From Macrostomum lignano (lineage: Eukaryota): a DNA stretch of 64,000 nt. The stretch covers positions 124,001 through 188,000 of the forward strand of contig NIVC01000907.1 of assembly GCA_002269645.1 (NCBI GenBank). The letters run 5' to 3'. A model generated the notes under the pieces. It was not told the origin of the DNA. It saw nothing but the letters and a program-made list of their open reading frames with translations, and ran no database searches. Below, in pieces: positions 48,501-60,287 of this stretch (its first letter is position 1; every line of letters begins with the position of its first letter). The position numbers were made by a program, and so were the translations under genes.

Positions 48501-51500
48501 TAAAGTTAATAAAATCTGTAGCAAAAGTATGAATATTATAAAAAGTTAAAACTAAAAAACTGGCCAAGCACGGGTCAGCTACCAGAGCCTACTGATACCT
48601 GGATGTTCAGCTTCCTAACCCAGGAGTCTTTGGGAAAGTCTTGAATCGACGGCACGAGAAACTGCAGGCAGCCATTCCAGTGCGCCAGCAGCAGCATCAA
48701 GCAGACCAGGTTCACAACACGCATGAACACCGACGCCACGTTTAGCAGCTGCAAATGGGGTTCGATTTTGTGCAGAGCGTCATGCCCGCGACAAGTGAGA
48801 ACGGATCTCAACAACAACAACAACATGAACAGTAAGTCGGGTTGGAGTGACACAGCTGCAGGCAACTTTCAAAATTTTAGGATCAACAAACGCTAAGTGC
48901 TAGTGGGATCGCCTGTCGCATTCGCTCATCAGACCAGCTTCACCTTCAAGTTGCACCTGACCACCCAGGACTGTTCGGGAAAGTCCTGCAGAAAGGGGAT
49001 CAGGTACTGCAGGCAGGCATTCCAGTGGCCCAGCAGCATCATTAGGAGGACTAAGTTGAAAATCCCCATGAACTTATTGGCCGCACTCAGGAGCTGCAAA
49101 TGAGGATAAGTTGAGCGACGGAACAGTGAGATATCCTTTGCCCCACGCAGGTACAGCAGTTTTTGATCCCACGGTGGTCGCTGATGAAACTCAGCATGAT
49201 CGCATGATGAACTTGCTTTACAAAACTGGCTGTGCGGTCATCACGACTATCTTAGCATTTTCATCTACCCGTAATTCAAGTGCGATGAATAGGTATTAGA
49301 CAAATAGGAAAGCGGCAGTCACATAAATTTATGAATCATGAACACGATAGGGTCGGTGCTGAAAACTTACAGGTGGTTGACAAATAGTTGCACAGTAAGG
49401 CTGCAGCGACATTGACTTGGTTAGCCCACAATTCAGAGACGGGTCAACACTATAGCTATAAGCGAGAAAGCACAAGTGACAAAAACTGCCGATAAAAAGC
49501 TTTCGGCGGGCCGCCACCCATTAATATAGAATTTACAGCTAAAGTAGAATTGTGACGCTGCACTCACAAATCGTGCGAATCGCCTTGGAGGACAAGCTTT
49601 TCGTTATTAAATGCATCGGATAGATTGATAGACAGTTTTTAGTTCTTTTGTACTAAATTCGATTGCAAAACATTTCACCGTCTTTGGACTTCCAAATTGC
49701 AAACGGAGCTATAGCGTGCGTGTGTGCGTGTGTCTGTGTATTTTGTCCGAGGTTAATCCACCAAATCTCTGAATAAAGTTTGAAAAAAGGTCTGCAAACT
49801 GCCAAGTACAGCTGCGTTCTGCGAGCGCGGAACTCCCAGATTAGCGCTGTTTTGCCCGCCTAAAAATTCTCAAAACATGCGGATTATTGGGAGTTCGCGG
49901 GAACTCTATTTACTTGCCGGTCTGTGGTACAGTTCTTCAAACTTTAGCCTGATGAACTGTAAATCAAGCTTGGTCAAAACACTGACTTGTCCCATTTGCA
50001 ATTCAGTAACCAGAAGTGGAGATAAATGAGCAAAAGACCCGGCCTCCAGACCATTTAAACGAATTGCAAGTGAAGCGTTATTCAACTGTACATGTTAGCT
50101 GCGCACGCCGCCACCTTATGAATCCCTAGTTTCAATTCTCGGCATCACCTTAAGGCCACTCCTGGCCACCCAAGAGTCGTCCGGGAAGTCGTTGAGAAAC
50201 GGTATAAGGAACTGGAAGCAGGCATTCCAGTGGCCCAAGAGCATCATGATGAGCACGAGTTTTATAATGCCGAAGCACTTGCTGGCAATTTGAAAGAACT
50301 GAAAATTCGGTTTCAAAGAAATCACGATTGACTACATGAGTGACAGTTGCATCGAATCACCTAGAGCGACGTGGGTTTGGATAATTCTCTTTGATTACAG
50401 CCTTAAAATAAGCAAGCTTTTTTCCGCGAAGCACAATCACGTAATACGTCATAGTTACGCAATAGCACTGACCTCCTCCCATTGGCTGACGTAGCGGACC
50501 AATCGCGAGAGTCGCAGCAGGCGCAGCAGGCTGAGCAGCTTGGCCAGCCTCAGGATGCGGAGAGCTCGGCCTGGTGGGGGTGTTGTTGGGATAGAGATGA
50601 TAATTTTGACTGAGTCCCAAAATTTAACAAACTCAAAGTTATTTTTGCTTTATGTATGAGAATACGCTCGTAGATCTTGGTGTGATTGAAGACAGTTGGT
50701 ACCAATTTTCAAGACAAAGAAGGTGTACATATCTGTCTGAGAAAGTCAATGCTGGAAAAAGCTGGAAATCCTTTTTTGAACTTACATCATTGGCCGAACT
50801 TTAAAGCTGATAAGCTTTGGAAATGAGCCAAGGAAAAGCAGGCAGACACTGAATGGCATAATTTTGAAAGTTGATCGACCCAATTGTGATCTCCAAATTT
50901 TAGCGCCAGTATCACAGGTAAACTGCTTAATTCCCATCTTGTGCACTAAAAATTTGTGACCCAACCAAGCAAACTATTGTAGTCCCCGATGAAAGAACAC
51001 AAAAGAACAGGATTTCGCCGCAAATATCCCAACGAACTTGCGGTGCTGCGTCCCCACAACTACAATTGTGCTCCTTGTCAAGGCCAGGTTCTCACCCGCA
51101 TGCACGAGCTGGCTGACATTGTTCCTCTGGTTGAGCACCAGGAAGATGTAGTCCATGGGGATGGAGGAGATCAGGTCCAGGAAGAACCACGACTTGAGGT
51201 AGTGCTGGGCGATCATCTTGGGATCCAGGATGATTTCCTCGGCAAAGTCGTTAGTGATGACGCCTGGTGAAGAGCGGGCGGTGCGGCGGGAAGAGTGTTG
51301 CAAACTGGTGAGAAAGTGCAATTGGCCAATCTATCTGGCCGAGGCAAATTGAGCAGAAGAGCTTGTGGAGAGGAGCGGAGGCAGTGGGAGCTTCGAGCCG
51401 CTTCATTTGGCACTCAGCGGACCGGCTTAAGGAAAGTGTCGGAGTTGGACTCAATTTTTTTCTCGAGTTTCTCTCCTGGGAGAATTTCCCCACACTTAAG

Positions 51501-53814
51501 TCACCGGGAACAGCCTCAGATCGATACAATTACTGGGCGTGATTGATCAGCTCGAGCCCGTACGCTACCCGCTTGCCTGTGCGGAAGTTGACAGCAATGT
51601 CGCCGAGGAAGATGGTGTCCGAGACGCAGTTGAAGATGATCCAGTGGGCGCTCAGGTCGTCATTGAAGAAGGAGATGGCCACGGGCAGGACCACCAGGTT
51701 GGTGATAAGCATCACCAGCATCACTAGGTCCCAATAGAATCTGAAGTGTTGACGCGAAATTAAATTTCTTGTAAGTCTATCAAACCTGTTGATTGTTGCC
51801 GCCACAAAAGCTCGGACTGACTGACGGGGCATCCGCCTGACCAGCTGCTGTTTGCGCATTCCTCGAGATAATCTTCGAAAAAAATTTGCCTTTTACTCTC
51901 TTGCAATCCGTAGTGCAAATTGTTTCTACCAGATGCATATTTAAGGGCCTGCTTCCATCACTCATGGGAGGTAAGTGCCTTTAAAGCGGTGTAGGTTCAC
52001 GAATGTGACGGGAATTCCCCCTGACATATCGTCTGAACCTGTGTGCCTAGAGAACACACTGCAGCCCAACCTTCCATCAAGCACTTATCGAACTCTCAAA
52101 ATCTGCACAAGTATGATAGTCAAATAGTCTGGTGATTAAATCTTTAAATAAGCTCGCTATTGCCCGCGATCCTCTGTACCTTTTGTACGTAGGCTTGTAG
52201 GCTCTGGCATAGATTTGTAGGCTCTGGCGTCACACCTGCGAGCTAGTTCTGTCCCGAACTCCAGGTCTGCTCAATCCATGCCCTAACGTAAACCTTGCCA
52301 ACCATGTAAACCTTTGTCCATGTTGTAAGAGACCTCGGCTATGCTCCATCACTTTTCAAGGTCAAAGTCACAGTATGCTTGACGAAAAATGTCAGGGTTG
52401 GTTACAAGGTCGTTATTTAAGGTCAAGGTCTACTAGCTTTTGATTGAGGTCCTGGGGGCAGTGATTGACACGAACGAACGAACATCTTTTGCACTTCAAT
52501 GCGCATTGTAAATGCAGCGAGCTCGGTGCACCGTGAAAGTTGAAACAATCCGGGATGTACAATCCGGCTATAATTCCTCGACTGCCATTTCCCTTGAAAT
52601 CGAAAAAAATATCTGGGAATATTTTTCTACGAGCCTATAGGTTTATAATTGCGCGGCCCGGTGTCGCAGCTTTGTCTGTACGAATCAAGGGCAGAAATGT
52701 GACATTCGAGGGCTAAAGCATAAACACAACGAATTGAACCGCTTTTTTGCGGCCGTTAATTGCTTCTGCAACGTCGAGTCCCAGTTCTGGGCTTCCGGGT
52801 TGCAAAGGTCATTCTTTTCTAAGAATTACCGTTTGGCCTCCGTGTCACTGTCCATTCACATACGCTCGTAATCTCCTGATGTAAGCAGACTTACTGTAAG
52901 TCAGGTCCTTTGATGAGACATCTACTATAATGCCTGGTTACCTAGTATGGTCCTCCCTCCCTCTCCATAGAGTCCCCCGACTCACCTGAAGTTGCTGCAC
53001 GGATGAATTATCCACTTCCCAGACTGCTGCTGACGCCGCTTCTCCTTCAATAGCGCGTTCTTGTTGCCGAACAGTTTCATTGCCAGCTTGTTGTCAGACG
53101 GCTGGAAGAAGGCGAAGAACTGCTCCTTCAGGTAGCTGGATGTGCTCTGCTGCTGCTGCTGGTCGGCCCCCATGTCCACCGTGCTGGCGTCCGCGCCTTG
53201 CCTGGCCGAGCCGCTTTCTCCATCGGTCTCCAGCGGAGCAATCAGCGGCTCGCTGGTTCCGCCTCCCAGCGAGTGATGGTGACCGCGGCGCTGCTGCTGC
53301 TGCTGCTGCTGCTGATGCTGGGAATTTCGCGGCTGGCGCACCGAGCCGAACCTGCCGACGAGCTTGGCTCGGAAGCTCGGCCACCGCTTACTGCCACCGC
53401 CAGCAAACGAAGTTGAAACGGACACGGGCAGGTGAGGAGGCGTCTGCTGCTGCTCTTGCTGCTGGCATCCGGTGTCGCTGCTGTCGCAGTGATTCGCAGT
53501 CTCTAGCAGCTCCACCGGCTGCTGCTGCTGCTGCTGCTGCAGCTCCATGGAGTTGAACCTTTCCGCTTTGACGCCCGAGCGTCGGTCCGTGTCCAGCGAT
53601 TTAAAGGCCCGCACCGAGCGGAAGCTGCCGCTGCCCCGGCCAAAGCCGCTGGAGGAGGTGGCAGGTCGGACAGCCGGGCAGCCGCCGCCGCTATTTGGCC
53701 CCGGCCGCCGGCCAATCGAGTGCAGGCGCTCGGACAAGCCCAGGTCGTCCTCCACCGGCAAGCAGAACGACTCGCTCCGGTTCAACAGGGGCGAGCGGCT
53801 GCCGCCGTCCGGGT
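39593..53814 (-). CDS. HCN: Hyperpolarization-activated cyclic nucleotide-gated channel (HCN/Ih). Exons 52986-53814, 51577-51740, 51096-51263, 50473-50570, one of (50149-50298, 48944-49093, 48599-48748), 46523-46741, 44957-45103, 43693-43936, 39593-40074
   Basis: [16 protein letters not shown]; S4 [32 protein letters not shown]; pore [15 protein letters not shown]; C-linker [12 protein letters not shown]; [27 protein letters not shown]. All junctions checked and phase-consistent. Confidence 0.97.
40166..40510 (-). mobile_element. tRNA-derived SINE (family B) in the last HCN intron
   Basis: Minus-strand head GGGGCCGTAGCCCAGTGG (A box) and GGCTCGATTCC (B box); highly similar to the copies at 60288 and 61190. 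Confidence 0.8.
40680..41823. repeat. Intronic minisatellite, 20-bp unit CCCCARTTAGACACCCAGGA
   Basis: Visible periodicity with a few alternating unit variants. Confidence 0.95.
42409..42579. repeat. Short degenerate tandem repeat, core CAGGTCAGTTTCAGG, about 5 copies
   Basis: TTCAGGTCAGTTT recurs about every 33-35 bp. Confidence 0.7.
42976..43122. repeat. 49-bp tandem triplication
   Basis: ATGACTGTT starts at 42976, 43025 and 43074. Confidence 0.8.
43280..43628. repeat. Perfect 35-bp tandem repeat GAGTTCCATTCGAATGTTGTTGTTCATTTGCTCAT, about 10 copies
   Basis: Identical head-to-tail units with no spacers. Confidence 0.96.
43975..44412. repeat. CT-rich low-complexity tract
   Basis: Composition almost entirely C and T on the plus strand. 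Confidence 0.9.
45128..46080. repeat. 8-bp satellite GGGTATGT/GGGTATGA
   Basis: Visible periodicity. Confidence 0.95.
46985..47955. repeat. G-rich 64-bp minisatellite in the intron between the S5 exon cluster and the pore exon
   Basis: GTGCGGGGTA recurs at 64-bp spacing (e.g. 47281, 47345); many G-runs of 3 or more. Confidence 0.93.
48599..48748 (-). CDS. HCN: HCN alternative S5 exon c (canonical type): [50 protein letters not shown]
   Basis: CATTTGCAG acceptor, GTATCA donor, 150 nt, phase 0-0. Confidence 0.9.
48944..49093 (-). CDS. HCN: HCN alternative S5 exon b: [50 protein letters not shown]
   Basis: CATTTGCAG acceptor, GTGAAG donor, 150 nt, phase 0-0. Confidence 0.9.
50149..50298 (-). 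CDS. HCN: HCN alternative S5 exon a: [50 protein letters not shown]
   Basis: TTTTCAG acceptor, GTGATG donor, 150 nt, phase 0-0. Confidence 0.9.
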
Positions 53815-53828
53815 CTGGAGGACGGAGT

Positions 53829-54120
53829 TGTGATTCACTCACTGATTGTGTGATTCACCTACAGATTGTGTGATTCACCCACTGATTGTGTGATTCACCC
53901 ACTGATTGTGTGATTCACCCACTGATTGTGTGATTTACCCACTGATTGTGTGATTCACCCACAGATTGTGTGATTCACCAACTGATTGTGTGATTCACCC
54001 ACTGATTGTGTGATTCACTCACTGATTGTGTGATTCACCCACTGATTGTGTGCTTCACCCACTGATTGTGTGATTTACCTACTGATCTTGGGATTCACCC
54101 ACTGATTGTGTGATTCAGTC
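53829..54120. repeat. 20-bp minisatellite ACTGATTGTGTGATTCACCC, about 14 copies
   Basis: Visible periodicity; abuts the HCN acceptor at 53815. Confidence 0.93.
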
Positions 54121-54607
54121 ACTGCCAATTGATTAATTCATTCAGAAGCTTTTTTAAAAAGACTATTGCACAATAGACAAGTAAAAATGCATTTTATAGT
54201 TTTAAAGTTTTCGCTTTGCACAATTTCCAAGTCAGCAACTCGCAATTCTTCATCACTTTATCACCAAGGCACTTCCCCACGAGTTCAGTGCATGTAGCTC
54301 ATACAGCGCTGCTCGGCAACTCGAAACCCGATCTCAAAGCCGCTTGCTTTCCGAATTGCGACTCGAATTTCCTTTTCATTGCCAGACAGCGGGAAGATGA
54401 TTCAGAGCCGTAGGGAAATGAATGAGAGGTGAGTCCAGCTGGATAATCCTCTGCCTAAGGCTGACTACATGCAAACTACGGATTCTGGGTCTAATTATGC
54501 TATCTGGGCAAAATTCTCTCCGCCTTGCCTTAACTCTGTTGGTCTATTGTGAGCTGTTCCGTTGCTATGTGGCTTTAGCCGAGCCTTCTTTTTTCTCTGG
54601 CTTCATC

Positions 54608-54951
54608 CTCTCCCATTCTCCCTCTCAGTCTCCCTCTCCCAGTCTCTTTCTCCCAGTCTCCCCCTCTCTGTGTCCCTCTCTCTCTGTCTTTCTCTCTCTC
54701 AGTCTCCCTCTCTCAGTCTCTCTCTCCCAGTCTCCCCTCTCTGTCTCCCCCTCTCTCCGTCTTTCTCTCTGTCTGTCTCCGTCTCACAGTCTCCCTCTCA
54801 CAGTCTCCCTCTCTCAGTCTCCCTCTCTCAGTCTCTCTCTCCCAGTCTCCCCTCTCTGTCTCCCCCTCTCTCCGTCTTTCTCTCTGTCTGTCTCCGTCCG
54901 TCTCACAGTCTCCCTCTCCCAGTCTCCTCCTCTCTGTCTTCATCTCTCTCA

Positions 54952-55003
<52 letters not shown>

Positions 55004-55467
55004 CTCCCTCTCTCAGTCTCCCTCTCTCAGTCTCTCTCTCCCAGTCTCCCCCTCTCTGTCACCCCCTCTCTCTGTCACCCCCTCTCTCTGTCACCCTCTC
55101 TCTCTGTCACCCCCTCTCTCTGTCACCCCCTCTCTCTGTCACCCTCTCTCTCTGTCACCCCCTCTCTCTGTCACCCCCTCTCTCTGTCACCCCCTCTCTC
55201 TGTCACCCCCTCTCTCTGTCTTTCTCTCTCTCAGTCTCCCTCCCTCTGTCTCCCTCTCTCTGTCTCCACCTCTGTCTCCCCCTCTCATTCTCCCTCTCCC
55301 TGTCTCCCCTCTCTGCCTCCCCCATCTCTCTCTCCCTGTATGTCCCTATGTGTCTCCCCTTTCTGTGTCTCCCTATCTGTCTCTTTGTCTACCCCTCTCC
55401 CTCTCCTCCTCTACGCTTGCTCTCTGTATCCCCCTCTCTATCTCCTCCTCTCTGTCTCCCTCTCTGT
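54608..55467. repeat. CT-rich low-complexity and microsatellite tract
   Basis: (CT)n core near 54955-55000 and CTCTCTGTCACCC subrepeats. Confidence 0.9.
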
Positions 55468-56039
55468 CAGTGAGGGAAGTTCTTCAGTGTGAAGTGAAAA
55501 AACCAGAAGGGAACCCTTTCAAGCCTTAGCCTGCATGGTCTCTCCAACACCCCTATTATGTGTCTCTTTTGACTGTCTGCTGGCACGCCTTCATGCGGAA
55601 CGGCAGAATTTCCAGCCCAGGTTTCGCTGCTGCTTTGGCCCCCCGGGGGGATGCAGGGCGGCTCAAAGCCGCTCAGAGGAGCGACAGAAGAAAATTGGAG
55701 TCTGCTCTCTGAGCACTGGAGAACTGAAGGCGACAAGCTGAAAGAGGAGCGAAAAGACAGAGACATGCTTTGAAGATTTCGGCTGCTATTGAATTAGCGG
55801 CTGGGTAAAGAAGTGGGCAAGAAAGCTTTGAGACTTTTTCTACCGTTGAATACTCACTTCAGCTACTGTTTGCGAGTAGGAAGTAGCAGAGAGAAATGCT
55901 AAATTTACAGTAATTTTCGTTTTCTCATTTCTATTCTCTATTTAGGTGAACTTTTCCGCCCTATTTTTTTTCAAAATCCCGAGAATCTCAGCCGCTACGC
56001 TTTGTTCAGGCACACCAGGTAAACAGTAATATCCGCAGG

Positions 56040-56255
56040 CGGGCTTCCGGCACCCTGGCGCAACGCCTTCGGCGCAACGCACATGCAAGTGCGCCTGTAC
56101 GCAGGCACAAACTCATCACGCAGGGTCTACAGCGGCCCTGACTTTTTAATCGGCAGGAAGATTCGTCTATGGTAAAATGACTTTCTAATCGGCAGGAAGA
56201 TTCGTCTATGGTAAAATGACTTTCTAATCGGCAGGAAGATTCGTCTATGGTAAAA
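56040..56255 (-). mobile_element. Partial SINE (3' and central part) ending in a 39-bp tandem triplication
   Basis: CACCCTGGCGCAACG and CAGCGGCCCTGACTTT match the SINE copies; unit GACTTTYTAATCGGCAGGAAGATTCGTCTATGGTAAAAT starts at 56140, 56179 and 56218. Confidence 0.55.
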
Positions 56256-56744
56256 CGCCAGGAGCAGCGACCCCGCCTTGTTTAGCAGGAAGCGGACACA
56301 TTGGGAGCACGAGAATCGCCCGCAGGAGATTTGCCCGCTGACAATTTTCTAAATGCGCTGCAGGAAAAAGCATTGCGGGCGAATCTCGACTGGCAAATCT
56401 CATGTGGGCAATTCTCATGGACCAATTTGCTAAATCATCCGCTTATTCTTACAGCTCCGAAAATGACAAAAGTGCCTTTCTCTAACAATTTAGCGAGGGA
56501 TCTGAAACACCGGGTGCGTTGGCTGCACTGGCTGACAACCTGGCCGAGACAAAACAGAAGAGAGCGTTTGGGAATGAATCTCAGAGGGAGGCATTGTGGC
56601 AGAACAAAAGCAGGGAAAATGCGAAGGAAGAAGAGGCGGAGACACTGATACTGCGATGCAAATGTGCAAGACTGCAGTTGTACATGCCGGCACTCCACGT
56701 GTAAGCCTGCAGTTGTACGTGCTGGCACTCCTCTCCCATTTCTA

Positions 56745-57420
56745 TCTTTCTGTCTCCCGTCTCTATCTTGTCTATCTACCGTCTCTATCTTGTCTATCTC
56801 CTGTCTCTATCTTGTCTATCTCCTGTCTCTATCTTGTCTATCTCCTATCTCTATCTTGTCTATCTCCTGTCTCTATCTTGTCTATCTCCTGTCTCTATCT
56901 TGTCTATCTCCTGTCTCTATCTTTTCTATCTCCTGTCTCTATCTTGTCTATCTCCTATCTCTATCTTGTCTATCTCCTATCTCTATCTTGTCTATCTCCT
57001 GTCTCTATCTTGTCTATCTCCTGTTTCTATCTTGTCTATTTCCCGTCTCTATCTTCACTATCTCTTGTCTCTTTTGCGTCTATCTCCCGTCTCTATCTTG
57101 TCTATTTCCCGTCTCTATCTTCTCTATCTCCTGTCTCTATCTTTTCTATCTCCTGTCTCTATCTTGTCTATCTCCTATCTCTATCTTGTCTATCTCCTAT
57201 CTCTATCTTGTCTATCTCCTGTCCCTATCTTGTCTATCTCCTGTCTCTATCTTGTCTATCTCCTGTCTCTATCTTGTCTATCTCCTGTCTCTATCTTGTC
57301 TATCTCCTGTCTCTATCTTGTCTATCTCCTGTCTCTATCTTGTCTATCTCCTGTCTCCATCTTGTCTATCTCCTGTCTCTATCTTGTCTATCTCCTGTCT
57401 CTATCTTGTCTATCTCTTAT
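56745..57420. repeat. 22-bp minisatellite CTATCTTGTCTATCTCCTGTCT
   Basis: Visible periodicity. Confidence 0.93.
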
Positions 57421-57742
57421 CTCGTGTGTCATCTGTTTCTTTCGCTCTGTTTAATCTCCTGACACTCCTCCGCCAAAATTTCTACCGTTGCAGGAGGACA
57501 CAAAAAGTTGCTGCTCCCAAGCCTCTCTTTTCCATCTGTTTGTCTTAAATCCTCATTTCCCGTCTCCATCTGGAGCCCCATAGCCGCAGCTGAGCTGCTG
57601 TGCTCAAAGTGAACCGGCGCACCAGTCTGAGAAGAAATGCAGAGAAAAACATGGCTGACGACTGGCTTTGGCTTATTTCTGAGAAATAAGGAAAGTACGG
57701 TAAAGGTTGATGAACCTATCCCCATTGAGTCATGAGCAGCGC

Positions 57743-58075
57743 ATCCTCATGGATTTATGACTAGCTACTTCTCATGGATTTATGACTAGCTAATCCTCAT
57801 GGATTTATGACTAGCTACTTCTCATGGATTTATGACTAGCTAATCTTCATGGATTTATGACTAGCTACTTCTCATGGATTTATGACTAGCTAATCCTCAT
57901 GGATTTATGACTAGCTAATCCTCATGGATCCTCATGACTAGCTAATCCTCATGGATTTATGACTAGCTAATCCTCATGGATTTACGACTAGCTAATCCTC
58001 ATGGATCCTCATGACTAGCTAATCCTCATGGATCCTCATGACTAGCTAATCCTCATGGATTTACGACTAGCTAAT
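57743..58075. repeat. About 25-bp minisatellite ATCCTCATGGATTTATGACTAGCTA
   Basis: Visible periodicity. Confidence 0.9.
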
Positions 58076-58104
58076 CTAGCACAGTGTGCACTCGCGGCAC
58101 TCAC

Positions 58105-58359
58105 TGACACTTGTTCTGTAATTCGCACAGCCAGAGATGGTCCTCTGCCGTCTCAGGCGGCTTCCAGTCGCGTGGTGGTGGCCCGCCAAAGAAACAGCTG
58201 AAGTCTGCTGCTCCTGCGGCGTCCATCCCGATGATTCCCTCAGATCCGGCAGCCGATCTCCGTCCATGTCACCTGCGGCTCTCCCGTGGTTCACCTGCGG
58301 TCTCCGGGATCTCCCAGAATCAGCCTTAGTCAGGGGGCTTTTACAGATTGGTACAGCCT
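58105..58359 (-). CDS. HCN: Candidate upstream HCN coding exon (255 nt, phase 1-1)
   Basis: Acceptor TACGCAG, donor GTGAGT, open frame EAVPICK...RLRRQRTISG...; phase fits exon 62625-62700 and the acceptor at 53815. Confidence 0.45.
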
Positions 58360-58765
58360 CTGCGTAGTTGACAATTGAGAGCACCCGGCGGCGGGACAGA
58401 GAGAGGCTGGCAGCTCCATCAACCTACCAGCTTCCTCGCCCTCCGCCCCCGCTTCTCCCTCCTCCCCCACACTCGTAAGCTCCAGGTGACAGACGGCCCG
58501 CTGCAGAGCCGGCCTGCCCGTGTTTCCCCATTCTTCTGTTTCAGGCCCTGCCAGCAGTACTCAGGCAAAACTGTGTTGGTGAGAATCCCAGCAAGGGCTG
58601 ATCACGCACATGCGGCCTGCGCTACTACCTGCAGCTGCCGTGTGTGACTGGGGGGGGGTGATGAGAGCGCATCTGTGATGCTGCTTCTCTCAGGCACTGC
58701 GCAGCACTGAGCCTGTTGAATTATTGCTGCACTTCATCCACTGAAGCTGCTGGGCTATCAGTATG

Positions 58766-59320
58766 CACTGATGATTCACTCAGACTGATGATTCACTCAG
58801 ACTGATGATTCACTCAGACTGATGATTCACTCAGACTGATGATTCACTCAGACTGATGATTCACTCAGACTGATGATTCACTCAGACTGATGATTCACTC
58901 AGACTGATGATTCACTCAGACTGATGATTCACTCAGACTGATGATTCACTCAGACTGATGATTCACTCAGACTGATGATTCACTCAGACTAATGATTCAC
59001 TCACTGTCCATAATTCACTCACTCAGTACATGATTCACTCATTCAGTCCATGATTCACTCAATCAGTCCATGATTCACTCACTCAGTCCATGATTCACTC
59101 ACACAGTACATGATTCACTCACTCAGTCCACGATTCACTCACTCAGTCCATGATTCACTCACTGTCCATGATTCACTCACTCAGTCCATGATTCACTCAC
59201 TCAATCCATAATTCACTCACTCAGTCCATGATTCACTCACTCAGTCCATGATTCACTCACTCAGTCCATGGTTCGCTCACTCAGTACATTATTCACTCAC
59301 TGTCCATGATTCACTCACTG
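58766..59320. repeat. Compound minisatellite: 17-bp ACTGATGATTCACTCAG grading into about 20-bp CATGATTCACTCACTCAGTC
   Basis: Visible periodicity; the unit type switches near 58990. Confidence 0.93.
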
Positions 59321-59689
59321 TCTACAAGATCCAAAGCAAGCATTTTTGAGACCCCAGGCTGCTCAGCACTGCAGCTCAGGAAAATTGCCAGGTAACTGAA
59401 GTGAGACGGCAGTCTCATACGGGCCGTATACCGGTAGACTGAGTGGGCAGAAGTGTCTCACAATGCACAAAATGAAGTTTTCCAACAGGCACCTGGGAAT
59501 TCAACTATAGGAATGGCAAATTTGCAGCATGCATGAGCTGAGTAGCCTGGGCTGTCGTTGCAAATTTATGGAAGCTGTGACTTCAGCCCTTTCAATGATG
59601 GTTATTTTTTCATTAGTTATAGACAGTGTACTAAAATATGAAATGAAATATGGCTGTTTCACTCTCAGTTATACCATTGAAATTCTAAG

Positions 59690-60073
59690 GGTCTGTAAGT
59701 CTGTAAGTCTGTAAGTCTGTAAGTCTGTAAGTCTGTAAGTCTGTAAGTCTGTAAGTCTGTAAGTCTGTAAGTCTGTACCGGTAAGTCTGTAAGTCTGTAA
59801 GTCTGTAAGTCTGTAAGTCTGTAAGTCTGTAAGTCTGTAAGTCTGTAAGTCTGTAAGTCTGTAAGTCTGTAAGTCTTTAAGTCTGTAAGTCTGTAAGTCT
59901 GTAAGTCTGTAAGTCTGTAAGTCTGTAAGTCTGTAAGTCTGTAAGTCTGTAAGTCTGTAAGTCTGTAAGTCTGTAAGTCTGTAAGTCTGTAAGTCTGTAA
60001 GTCTGTAAGTCTGTAAGTCTGTAAGTCTGTAAGTCTGTAAGTCTGTAAGTCTGTAAGTCTGTAAGTCTGTAAG
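59690..60073. repeat. 8-bp satellite (GTCTGTAA)n
   Basis: Near-perfect periodicity. Confidence 0.97.
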
Positions 60074-60287
60074 TCCACTAACATACAAGAAATGATGTCA
60101 CCCTTCTGAGCATTTACGAACCTCAATTCTTGAAACCTGTTTGTCTGTTAGTCCATTTGCTAGCCGAAAAATTAGTGTTCAAAATATTCTAATGGTAGCC
60201 TGTAATTCAGAGTCTGTAGCCTGCATGCATGTCTGTAAAATCTGTCTGTGAATCCAAATCTGTAAGTCTGTAAGTCAGGAGGGGGGG

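Noticed and set aside
48599-50298. Three S5 exons as an assembly duplication or allelic haplotype artefact
   Set aside because: The exons are only 44-64 percent identical at protein level and their flanking introns are unrelated, so this is not a recent redundancy
54422-57548. Leu/Ser-rich ORFs of 228-356 aa
   Set aside because: Low-complexity CT and 22-bp repeats that lack stop codons by composition
55467-57725. Further HCN 5' coding exons (55467-55766, 57429-57725)
   Set aside because: Open frames exist, but no donor in phase 1 compatible with the 53815 acceptor was found; they could still be UTR exons
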